64,000 nt of DNA from a virus. Taxonomy: Duplodnaviria; Caudoviricetes. The position numbers were made by a program, and so were the translations under genes. Below, piece after piece: positions 56,028 to 64,000 of this stretch. The notes below the pieces were generated by a model. That model was not told where the DNA came from, searched no databases, and was given only the letters and a program-made list of their open reading frames with translations. Where the stretch lies: positions 4,671 through 68,670 of IMG/VR virus record IMGVR_UViG_3300048895_000267. One strand, 5' to 3'. Position 1 is the first letter of the stretch. Every line of letters begins with the position of its first letter.

Positions 56028-56754
56028 GGCTCACTCCAGCTACTTCATACATAGTGCCATGCCAGCGCTCGCAAGGGTTAGCGCCGGGCGGGATCGGGTC
56101 TGCCGAGCAGTCAACCTCTATGACGCGCCCGCCAGTATGGACGAGGTGAAAGCGCAGCTCGAAGCGGCGCACGTCTTTCACCGAGGACAGCCACTCGTCG
56201 CGCACGCGCCCGCGATCCACTGGCAGCACGGCGTTGATCCAGCCCCAGCCGACGATTTCTTGTATGGTCAGGCCGGTCCAGCGTAGGTACGCCCGGTTCG
56301 CGTCGACGTAGCGCCCGAAGTGGTCCGCCTCGAACACCCCCATGCGCGGGTTAGTGTTGATCACCGCGCGCTGGGTGTTGGCCACCGAGTCGATCTTCTT
56401 GTCGAGCCGACTGATGTGCTCACCGTGCTCGGTCATCTGCTGCGTGCGCGCGGCGCCCTGATCAAACAGCTGCGTGAGCTTGCCGGGGACCGAGTCGGGC
56501 GCATCAGACAGCAACGCGGCGTTGACGCGCCGGGCCAAGGTGCTCAGGCCAGCCAGCTCCTCGGTCGCAACGAGCTGCGCCTGCCGCATTTCCGGCAGCT
56601 CCTCGATAGCGTCGATGAAAGCCACGACGCGCTGCCAGAACTTCTTGATCTTCGGCCATACCTTGACGACCGAAACGACGATGACGCCCACCGAGCCGCA
56701 GATCCCTGCGACCAGCCTCAGATGCAGAGCCAGCCAGTTCAGCGCAGCATCCAC
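56020..56754 (-). CDS. Membrane-anchored PAS-domain protein in the lysis cassette
   Basis: N-terminal TM, coiled coil, then VFEAD..GRYVDAN.AY..WTG....E.VG.GW...V.P.DR..V...W...F...F...GGR.I.V. Confidence 0.75.
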   Translation of the reverse strand: MDAALNWLALHLRLVAGICGSVGVIVVSVVKVWPKIKKFWQRVVAFIDAIEELPEMRQAQLVATEELAGLSTLARRVNAALLSDAPDSVPGKLTQLFDQGAARTQQMTEHGEHISRLDKKIDSVANTQRAVINTNPRMGVFEADHFGRYVDANRAYLRWTGLTIQEIVGWGWINAVLPVDRGRVRDEWLSSVKDVRRFELRFHLVHTGGRVIEVDCSADPIPPGANPCERWHGTMYEVAGVSHD

Positions 56755-56764
56755 GGCAGCCCCT

Positions 56765-57295
56765 TTACGCGATGGTCATGCCGTTCTTGGCGATCACGTA
56801 CCACTTGCCGCTGTAGCCGCGCAGGCGAATACCGCAACCGGGGAACGCAGCGGCGGTGATCGTGTTCTTCGCTGAAGCGCCCGTGCCGTCCCAGATCAAG
56901 CCCGTGGCCGTGATCTGGTGGGCGAAGGCGGTGTCGGTGAAGATCTCGATCACGTCGTCGTCGCCAGCCGGCGCAGCGAGGGTCATCGCGGCGAGGGAGG
57001 TCTTGGCGATGCGCTTGGTGCCGTCGGTGATGCTGACAGCGCCGTCAGCGGTGTAGCTGGTGACGGTGAGCTGAGCCTGCGTCGCGTCGATGTCGGCTTC
57101 CGCGGCCGTAACGCGCGCGTCGAGGTCTTCGAAGGTCGCGCTGGAGCTGCCGGCGGCCATCGCCTGACAGATCAGGTCGCCAACCATGAAGGGGTTGCCG
57201 CGCGGCTCGTTGCCCAGCCCGATCAGGCGGGCGACATCGGTATCGAACTGACCCGGATTCTTGCCGGTGGCAAGGACCTGTGCGGTGATCGGCAT
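56765..57295 (-). CDS. Hypothetical virion protein
   Basis: ORF with GGGGA RBS. Confidence 0.7.
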   Translation of the reverse strand: MPITAQVLATGKNPGQFDTDVARLIGLGNEPRGNPFMVGDLICQAMAAGSSSATFEDLDARVTAAEADIDATQAQLTVTSYTADGAVSITDGTKRIAKTSLAAMTLAAPAGDDDVIEIFTDTAFAHQITATGLIWDGTGASAKNTITAAAFPGCGIRLRGYSGKWYVIAKNGMTIA

Positions 57296-57348
57296 GTCAC
57301 GTTCCCCTGAGTTGTGATGGCGCGGCTAGTGGCCGCAGGATACGCCTG

Positions 57349-57996
57349 TCAGCGCTGGATTTCGAGCCCCAGCAGGGTGAAGGTCGACGGCTGGGTCGCG
57401 TAGACACCGTGGCTGACGCCGGAATCGTGCCCGAACGCCACCGCGATGTTGCTCAGCGCCGCGATCATCGCGTCAAGGCTCGTCGTCGAAGCCGGCTTGC
57501 CCAGCACGTTGCCCAGCGCGGCGGGGTCCAGTGGGACCGTGATGGACCAGTCTCCTGCCTGCAGCGCCTGCAGCTGGTGGGAGTAGAGGCGGTAGTCGGC
57601 CTTGCCGCCCGTGCCGGACCAGTCGTCGCCCTTACGCTGCAGCATCAGCGACACCACCGCGAGCTTGTCCGGGAACTCGGACGGCGCGAACCCACCGCCG
57701 GTCACTGAGAAGCGCAGCACCAGCGCCTTCGCGCCGACCAGCGACGGCGGGTCGAACCACGCGACGGAGCCGACCTTGCCGCCGGGACCGGGGAAGACAA
57801 ACGACCAGCCAGCGCCCTGCGGCGTCGGGTGCTCAGGCATACCGACTGAGAAGTTCTTGCCGTGAACCACCGGCCCGATGACCCAGCCATGCTCGCTGCT
57901 CGTCGAGCCGACCTGCTTGCTGGCCTTCTTCTTGTTGTAGAGCAGCACGAACAGCATCGCGCCGACGAGCAGGATAACGTAGGTCGGCGCGTCCAT
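57349..57996 (-). CDS. Single-TM protein with a beta-sandwich (carbohydrate-binding-like) domain
   Basis: N-terminal hydrophobic helix; beta-rich body. Confidence 0.6.
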   Translation of the reverse strand: MDAPTYVILLVGAMLFVLLYNKKKASKQVGSTSSEHGWVIGPVVHGKNFSVGMPEHPTPQGAGWSFVFPGPGGKVGSVAWFDPPSLVGAKALVLRFSVTGGGFAPSEFPDKLAVVSLMLQRKGDDWSGTGGKADYRLYSHQLQALQAGDWSITVPLDPAALGNVLGKPASTTSLDAMIAALSNIAVAFGHDSGVSHGVYATQPSTFTLLGLEIQR

Positions 57997-58217
57997 TACG
58001 GCGCCACCGGGTCTGGCAGGTTCGACAGCTCGACGATACGCGCGCCGAGTGCGGTTGCCTCGTTGACGAAGGTGATGCGCGGGCGCGCAGGCAGCGCCTC
58101 GAACTCAGCCTCGACGTGCTCAGCCCCTTTCAGGGCCTCAAGGCTCAGCACTTGGGCGCGCATTTCCTCGATACGTGCATTCATTTCGAGGCGTGGGTAA
58201 TTGATGGACGTGGTCAT
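57996..58217 (-). CDS. Small hypothetical protein
   Basis: Coupled ORF. Confidence 0.6.
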   Translation of the reverse strand: MTTSINYPRLEMNARIEEMRAQVLSLEALKGAEHVEAEFEALPARPRITFVNEATALGARIVELSNLPDPVAP

Positions 58218-61165
58218 ATGACGATCTCCAAGGCGACGAAACGGCCGTGTGTGCTGGTCTGGTCAATAGTAACGCCGCACTCGGTCACGTCGTCCGTGCT
58301 GAAGCAGCAGGCGGCCGGGTGCAGTGCGGTTCCGGGTGGGACTGACGTGTGCGGGCTGATGCCAGCTTCAGCATCGGCAAGATAGACGTCGTCCTTATTA
58401 TCGAACCAGATATAACCTGTCGCAGGATCGAAGCGGACGTACAGCGGGTCTCCCGGGTCTACCGTGAAGCCGAGATCAGCAAAGGCCTCGTGCAGGTTGA
58501 TGCCGTCCTTACTGACGAAGTAGGCGTCTGTTGAGAAGTACGCCGCGTTCGCTATTGGGCTCCACGCAGGCTTCGCCAGCCCCGCGCTCACGAACGCCGT
58601 GCCCGGCGTGTAGTTGGCGATGAACTTGACCTCGAACGGGGCAGAGCTGAGCGCGAAGTGGCTGCGCGCGTCGCCGTACAGAGTGTAGTCGGTGGTGTAC
58701 AGCCTGCGGTTGTAGTCAGTCAGTGCTGCTGGGGAGGACAGGTTGTCCGGGTCGAAGGTGACGTTCTGGAGGATCGTGAAGTCCTTGGCGGCCAAGCTCG
58801 CTATGCTGATATCGGCAGTAGTAGACCTCACGACTCCGTTAAGGACGCGCAAGTCAGCGACTCCGCCCTCGAAGCCGTTAGCATCAAGCTGGGTGATGAG
58901 CTGATCCAGAGCGTAGGTCGTGACGCCCTGCGTGTTGTGCATGTAAGCGTTGACGAGATCGCCGCAGCCGTAGATGTAGCCAAGGCCTACCTGCGAGTCC
59001 TCCAGCAGCAAAGACGTGAGGCCGCTGTTCTGGCAGTGCAGGGCAGCGCCGCTACCGGTTGCGCCAGTCAGGTCGCAAACCTTAACGCTAGTGCTGCCGG
59101 CCACGGAGATATTACCTGCCCCGGTAAAGCCGGTGCCGACCAAGCTGATCTCGACGTCCCCGGCGGAAGTGATTCCCGCTGCATCGAGGCTATTGATGCC
59201 CGCCGCACCGTGAAAGTCAAGCAGGGTCAAATCGGCGCTGTCACTGAAATTGAGGTTCGTGCCCCCGAAGTTGCAACCGACCGCGAGGAAAGTCTGGAGG
59301 TTACTTGGGGCGGAGAAGTTCCACTCGAAGCCACCCGGGCTGGCAGGAATCGGGTTCGCGCCCGACAGGTCGACGTAGACCAAGGAGTCTGTGATATGCC
59401 CGCTGCCGCCCTGATCCACGTTCCACACCAAGCTCGTGCAGCCTCCGATGTCGAAGAACGTAAAGCGTGGCGCGTCGTACTGAACGTTGTTGCCGCTGAA
59501 CCACAGCAACGGCAAGTTGGCGAGGCCGTGCGCATTAACGCCCTCCAAGCCATAGCAGTTGAGGTTGCAATCTATCATTGCCGGGAACTGCCGCACGTCC
59601 GCTCGCCCGGACACCTGACCTACGAGCCCCAGCGTTTCCATCACGTCCTTGTTGGCGGCAGCAGGCAGGTTGATGTCAGTGAAGCTGCCCATCATGCTGT
59701 TGCCGCCTTTCAGCACCAACACCTTCGCTTCCGCCGGCCACTGCGAGGCAGGCAACGGCGTGCCGTGGATGGCGTTTATGACAAACGCGCTGGTTGCGGA
59801 AACGGGTCCGAGGAAATTAGCGTTCAGGGCCCCGAAGGCAAGCTCGACGTCAGTCAACTCGTCAGGGTGCTCGATACTGACGGTAACGCTATCGCCGAAA
59901 TTAACAACCGGACCGTAACCGTAGTAGTCCTCGAACGGCGGAATGGTGGTGCTGTCACCGTTAGGTCCGGTCATGGTGATCGTCGAATCGCCGTCAGTGA
60001 TGACGTGGTACTCACCGCCGCCGTAATAGGCCCCGTAGAACGTACCAATCGACATGCGATCGCCGTGGGAGGTGGCCATCGTGTCCACGAACTCGACGGT
60101 GTTGTGCTCCTCGAGGAAGGTACGCATCAGGCCGTGCGCGGCCGGGTTACTCGGGTAGCGCACGATGATTTCCTGATACAGCATCTTCGGCAGGAGCGGA
60201 GTAAGCCGGAACGCGAACACGTACACCCCCAACGGGGTGCGAATTCCGATGTCGACCAGAACGCCATACATCGAAGCCGGGGGGCGGAGGGAATAGGCCT
60301 GCTGGTAGCGATCACCGATGTAGTAAGGGCCGTCGTCACCCAACGCCTCGTAGTGCAGCGGAATCGTACTGCCATCACTGGCCGTGACCAGCGCCCCCTC
60401 GGCATACATGCCGCCGATGCGCAGCACAGGGTCGCCGAAGTTGAACAGGATCTTACGCTTGGCGGCGCGCTCCCACTGCACACCCGGGTCGGCGAAGCGG
60501 CCGCTCGAATACGGGACTATAGTAGCCGTCTGGTCGGCAGGGTAGCCGCCCACGCTGTCTGTCATGCGTACCTGCGGCGCCAAGTCGGTGCCGGGTGCGC
60601 AGGTGAAGTGCGCGCCGGTACCGGCTTCAGGGTCGCCGGAGGTAGGGCCTGCGTCGTTACCCAGCCACACCTTGCCCGCGTCCGGGTCGTACCAGATCAT
60701 CCGGTGCTCGCCGTCGGCGATCGCGCCGGCACTGTAGGCCGCGACCGGGGTACCGGTTGGGGAAAATATGCCCGCTCCGACGTTCACAGCGCCGGTAGAA
60801 AAAATCTGCATAGCCCCCGCAGGGTTAGTGGGGCCGAAGACTGAGCGAGACCCGAACGCCACATAGAACGGCGAGACCACCACCGGGTCGAGCTTGATCT
60901 TGTAGACGACCGGGCCAGAAGAAGTCGGGACACCTGCCTGCACGAAGTCATCTTCGCTCGGCATGAACACCGGATCGACCGTAGCGATCAGGCGCGAGCC
61001 GCCGGGAGCGGCAGGTATAGTCCCGTCGACGTCCTGCCACAGTGCCGCGTCCGGGTCGTCGATGCGCCAGCGCTCTTTCCACGCGGCGCCCTGATCCCAT
61101 GACGACAGCGCGCTCGTGCCGCGGTGCACTGCAGAGCTGAGCAACCCGAGGCCAAGTCCGATCAC
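58214..61165 (-). CDS. Putative receptor-binding or tail protein (983 aa) with SPRY-like ends and an LRR-like core
   Basis: Two similar end domains (YDPDAGKVWLG...GTDLAP / FDPATGYIWFD...GTALHP); Leu-periodic centre. Confidence 0.65.
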   Translation of the reverse strand: MIGLGLGLLSSAVHRGTSALSSWDQGAAWKERWRIDDPDAALWQDVDGTIPAAPGGSRLIATVDPVFMPSEDDFVQAGVPTSSGPVVYKIKLDPVVVSPFYVAFGSRSVFGPTNPAGAMQIFSTGAVNVGAGIFSPTGTPVAAYSAGAIADGEHRMIWYDPDAGKVWLGNDAGPTSGDPEAGTGAHFTCAPGTDLAPQVRMTDSVGGYPADQTATIVPYSSGRFADPGVQWERAAKRKILFNFGDPVLRIGGMYAEGALVTASDGSTIPLHYEALGDDGPYYIGDRYQQAYSLRPPASMYGVLVDIGIRTPLGVYVFAFRLTPLLPKMLYQEIIVRYPSNPAAHGLMRTFLEEHNTVEFVDTMATSHGDRMSIGTFYGAYYGGGEYHVITDGDSTITMTGPNGDSTTIPPFEDYYGYGPVVNFGDSVTVSIEHPDELTDVELAFGALNANFLGPVSATSAFVINAIHGTPLPASQWPAEAKVLVLKGGNSMMGSFTDINLPAAANKDVMETLGLVGQVSGRADVRQFPAMIDCNLNCYGLEGVNAHGLANLPLLWFSGNNVQYDAPRFTFFDIGGCTSLVWNVDQGGSGHITDSLVYVDLSGANPIPASPGGFEWNFSAPSNLQTFLAVGCNFGGTNLNFSDSADLTLLDFHGAAGINSLDAAGITSAGDVEISLVGTGFTGAGNISVAGSTSVKVCDLTGATGSGAALHCQNSGLTSLLLEDSQVGLGYIYGCGDLVNAYMHNTQGVTTYALDQLITQLDANGFEGGVADLRVLNGVVRSTTADISIASLAAKDFTILQNVTFDPDNLSSPAALTDYNRRLYTTDYTLYGDARSHFALSSAPFEVKFIANYTPGTAFVSAGLAKPAWSPIANAAYFSTDAYFVSKDGINLHEAFADLGFTVDPGDPLYVRFDPATGYIWFDNKDDVYLADAEAGISPHTSVPPGTALHPAACCFSTDDVTECGVTIDQTSTHGRFVALEIVI

Positions 61166-61758
61166 GGCGCGAACTCCGTTACTTTCATGTGCGAGTAGAT
61201 CACGTTTCCGAGGAACGTCGTGTTGCCCGAGACGTGGTTTATGAGCATCGAGTTGGCGTTGGCGCCGTAGCGGAATTTGTAGGTCCGCGCCGAGGTGCTG
61301 CCTGCCACGACCCGGTACCGGATGTACATGTCGTCGGAGTAGCCAGAGGTCGCCGGCGTCTTGTTGGCTGCGGCAAGGGCGTTGGCCGTGCTGTCTTGGA
61401 ACAACGCGCCGAGCGCGTTGCCGCCGGAGTTCAGCTGGTACAGCGCGATAAACACCTCGATCTCCAAGATCGACGCGGCATCGGTCGGCGTGAAAGTCGT
61501 GGCGATCTGGGTGTATTCCACGCCCTCGGAATTCTGCGGGATCGTGCTGTCGTAGGGGATGTTGGAGCTCGTCGAGAGCGCCGTGTTGTCCTGCGTGACC
61601 ACCATCTGCCGCACGGCGCCGCCGCCACTGCCGCCGAAATACGCCAGCATCTGCGCGCCGGTGAGCTTGACCGACGCCCCACCCTGCTCGGCCTCGAACA
61701 GGTCGGTTGCGCCGACCGTGCTACCGGCCGACAGGTCGCTGATGCGCTGGTCAGCCAC
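61162..61758 (-). CDS. Tail fibre-like protein
   Basis: D.RISDL...DLF..EQGG.S.KLT N-terminal fibre motif. Confidence 0.65.
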   Translation of the reverse strand: MADQRISDLSAGSTVGATDLFEAEQGGASVKLTGAQMLAYFGGSGGGAVRQMVVTQDNTALSTSSNIPYDSTIPQNSEGVEYTQIATTFTPTDAASILEIEVFIALYQLNSGGNALGALFQDSTANALAAANKTPATSGYSDDMYIRYRVVAGSTSARTYKFRYGANANSMLINHVSGNTTFLGNVIYSHMKVTEFAP

Positions 61759-61764
61759 GAGCGG

Positions 61765-62031
61765 TCACAGCAGGGCCACGATATCCGAGGCCGTGGTCGC
61801 CGTGTTGACGCGCGAGCACACCACGTTGAGCTGGGAGCCGTCGGGCACGTTGGTGAACACCACGGTGGCGCCGGACAGGGTGACGAGACTGACGTCGCCG
61901 CCGGTACCGATCCACAGGGCGCGCGCGTAGGCAGGGAAATTGACGGAGTCGCTGAGCACGACCGCGACGGCGTCGTACGCCGGGCCGGTCAAGCTGCGGA
62001 TGAACTCCTGCGGAGGGACGGGACCGGCCAT
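61765..62031 (-). CDS. Spike base protein, RcGTA rcc01079-like
   Basis: PA.DA.AV..SD......RALWIG.GG.V......G..V.F.NVP.G..L.V...RV....TA..IVAL. Confidence 0.7.
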   Translation of the reverse strand: MAGPVPPQEFIRSLTGPAYDAVAVVLSDSVNFPAYARALWIGTGGDVSLVTLSGATVVFTNVPDGSQLNVVCSRVNTATTASDIVALL

Positions 62032-62041
62032 GCAAGTTCCC

Positions 62042-63124
62042 CTAGGTGCTTTCGGCGACAGTGTATACCACTTGTTCAGGCCGTTGCACGACGCTTTCAG
62101 CGTCGGTGGCCCGTTGCACGACGTCGTCGATGTCTTTCGGCCGTGCTGGCGCGTGCACATCGGCAGGGCGCGCGCCTACCGCCGTGACCGCCGGGTAGCG
62201 CTGCACCTGCGTCCAGCGGTAGCCGAGCACGCTGCCGGCCGGCGACAGCGACCAGCCCGCGTCGCCGACCAGTGCGCCGGCGCCAGACAGCGCGCCGCTG
62301 GTCGTCCACGTCAGGGTGACGGCGCCACTGGCCAGCTGCAGGTCGGTGATCGCAGCGCCGAGCGTCCAGCTGCTGGCGGCGCTACCGGCCAGTGCGCCAG
62401 CGCCAAGCACCGAGCCACTGAGCACCACGCCGGCGGGCGTGGTGCCGGTGAGCGCCGCCGCCCCGGTGAGCGCGCCCGCTGCCGCGAACACCGGCAGCGC
62501 CTTTCCGCGCAGCTTGCCGGTAGCGAACAGCGCGGCGCTGGGGGTCAGGGCCAGCGCCGTGCTGCCTGCGAGCGCGCCGGCACCGCGCAACTGGGCGCTG
62601 GGCGCGAAGCCCAAGCCCACGTTGCCGCTGACTGGCGAGATCTGCGCCACCAGCAAGCTCAGGCTGAAAGTCAACGACGTCGTGCCAAGCAACGGACTGG
62701 TAGTGCCTGCCAGCGCGCCCGACACCGTGAACACCAGCGCGGCCGCGCCGCTCCCATTCGCCCGCCCGGACAGCTGCGCGCCCAGTGCCACGGCCACGGC
62801 CACGGCGCCCGCGGCGCTGACCCGCCCGGACAGCTGCGCACTGGGTACGAGGCTCAGCGGCACGGCGCCGGCGAGCGCGCCGGCTCCGAGCAGCGACGCG
62901 CTGGGCGCGAAGCTCGCCGCTACGGTGCCGACCAGCCCCGAGCTGGCTACCTCGCCGCTCAGGGTCAGGCTGGCAGTGGCGTTGCCACTCAGTGCCCCCG
63001 CACCGGCAAGCGTGGAGCCGTAGGACGTGACGCGGCGCGCGCCAGTCGTGGTGACGCGCTGGTCGCCGGTGGTAGTAGCGCGCAGGTCCCCGGCGACCAG
63101 CGACAGGGAAGCGTTGCCGATCAC
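62042..63124 (-). CDS. Gly/Ala/Leu-rich repeat fibre-like protein
   Basis: Repeated L.GAGAL.G units about every 30 aa; GTG start. Confidence 0.65.
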   Translation of the reverse strand: MIGNASLSLVAGDLRATTTGDQRVTTTGARRVTSYGSTLAGAGALSGNATASLTLSGEVASSGLVGTVAASFAPSASLLGAGALAGAVPLSLVPSAQLSGRVSAAGAVAVAVALGAQLSGRANGSGAAALVFTVSGALAGTTSPLLGTTSLTFSLSLLVAQISPVSGNVGLGFAPSAQLRGAGALAGSTALALTPSAALFATGKLRGKALPVFAAAGALTGAAALTGTTPAGVVLSGSVLGAGALAGSAASSWTLGAAITDLQLASGAVTLTWTTSGALSGAGALVGDAGWSLSPAGSVLGYRWTQVQRYPAVTAVGARPADVHAPARPKDIDDVVQRATDAESVVQRPEQVVYTVAEST

Positions 63125-63140
63125 GTCGGCACCGGGGTCA

Positions 63141-63581
63141 TTACGCGGCCGTCGCGGTCAGCGCGCCGATACCGAAGCTGGGGGTGATGCCGGTGCTGAT
63201 CGCCAGCGGCGCGGTCAGCGCGCCCGACATGAACAAGTTGCCGGTACCGGAGCTATCCGAGCCGATGCTGAAGTGGGTCGCGGTGCCCGAACCCGCGGCG
63301 CAGGCCCCGAACGTCACGGCGGCGTCGTTGGCCACGGTGTCGGCGGTGACCGTCCAGCCGGCGGTGCTGCGCGCGACGGCCACCCGGGCGTAGCCGGTGT
63401 AGCTGATCTCGTTGGTGGACTGGCTGCCGGCCTCGCCGGGGTCGGCGGTATGCAGGCCGATGTAGAAACTACCCGCCGTGGACGAGCCGCGCAGGCCGGT
63501 CGCGTCGCCGATGTTGGCCGCGTTGGCGTTCTCGAACAGCAGCTGCAAGATCAGGGTTTCCATCGCGTTCGACAGGGACAT
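63141..63581 (-). CDS. Phage fibre or structural protein
   Basis: SN..E..IL.LLF...YIGLHTADPGEAG....EISYTGYARVAV; start moved to 63581. Confidence 0.75.
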   Translation of the reverse strand: MSLSNAMETLILQLLFENANAANIGDATGLRGSSTAGSFYIGLHTADPGEAGSQSTNEISYTGYARVAVARSTAGWTVTADTVANDAAVTFGACAAGSGTATHFSIGSDSSGTGNLFMSGALTAPLAISTGITPSFGIGALTATAA

Positions 63582-63592
63582 GGCGGGGTTCC

Positions 63593-63991
63593 TTAAGGCT
63601 CGGTGAGCAGGCGGGTGACTTGCGGGTAGACCGTCAGGTAGCCGGAGTAGGCCGGTTCGATGACCTGCGGCGAACCACCGCGATCGATCACGGCGTCGAA
63701 CACGTACTGCTCGATCTCGTGGTTGGCGGTGGGCAGGCCGAGGGTGTCTTCGGCGGCGACGAGCAGGCCCACGATCCCGCCGGGGGCGTTGTCGATGCTC
63801 AGGCGGTCGTTGGCAACCGACAGCTCCAGCAGGACGACGGAGCTGTCGGCGGTGGAGCGCACGCGCATGACGATATCGATGGCGGAGGTCAGGTCGACGG
63901 GGTCGCCGACGGCGTCGATCAGGCTGATCGTGTCCGACCACGTGGCCCCCCGGACCATCCGCAGCCGCAGCGCGCCGAACAAGATGCTCAC
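63593..63991 (-). CDS. Ig-like (BppU N-terminal-like) structural protein
   Basis: RGATWS.TI...D..G.P.DLT......M.VR motif. Confidence 0.65.
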   Translation of the reverse strand: MSILFGALRLRMVRGATWSDTISLIDAVGDPVDLTSAIDIVMRVRSTADSSVVLLELSVANDRLSIDNAPGGIVGLLVAAEDTLGLPTANHEIEQYVFDAVIDRGGSPQVIEPAYSGYLTVYPQVTRLLTEP

Positions 63992-64000
63992 AGGTGGTCC

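Overview
This 64-kb window is almost certainly most or all of a GC-rich, tailed dsDNA phage genome of a Gram-negative host (it carries spanins). It has two convergent arms. The + arm (1-26905) holds early and replication genes: a primase/SF3-type helicase, an amidoligase plus class II glutamine amidotransferase, a Cas4-like nuclease, an SNF2 helicase, a family A DNA polymerase, an SSB-like protein and a VRR-NUC nuclease. The - arm (26976-64000) holds virion and lysis genes: tail and fibre genes, a lysis cassette, terminases, a P22-like portal, scaffold, an N4-gp56/DUF4043-type capsid, adaptor and nozzle proteins, and three large internal virion proteins. The arms meet at a bidirectional terminator at about 26916-26946. 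I saw no integrase, RNA polymerase, CRISPR array or canonical tRNA. The most striking element is an ~820-nt, densely base-paired non-coding interval (2234-3056) directly behind a DUF7873-like gene. It contains a close mimic of the 23S rRNA GTPase-associated centre (H43/H44) with two compensatory base changes, a circularly permuted tRNA(Gln)-like domain with no anticodon loop, and further tRNA fragments. Other points of interest are a second structured intergenic RNA (9131-9670), a membrane-anchored PAS protein heading the lysis cassette, a lipoprotein-signal endolysin, and leader helices abutting or covering the RBS of the capsid gene and of the first gene upstream of the primase. All family assignments come from motif recognition by eye; no database searches were run.
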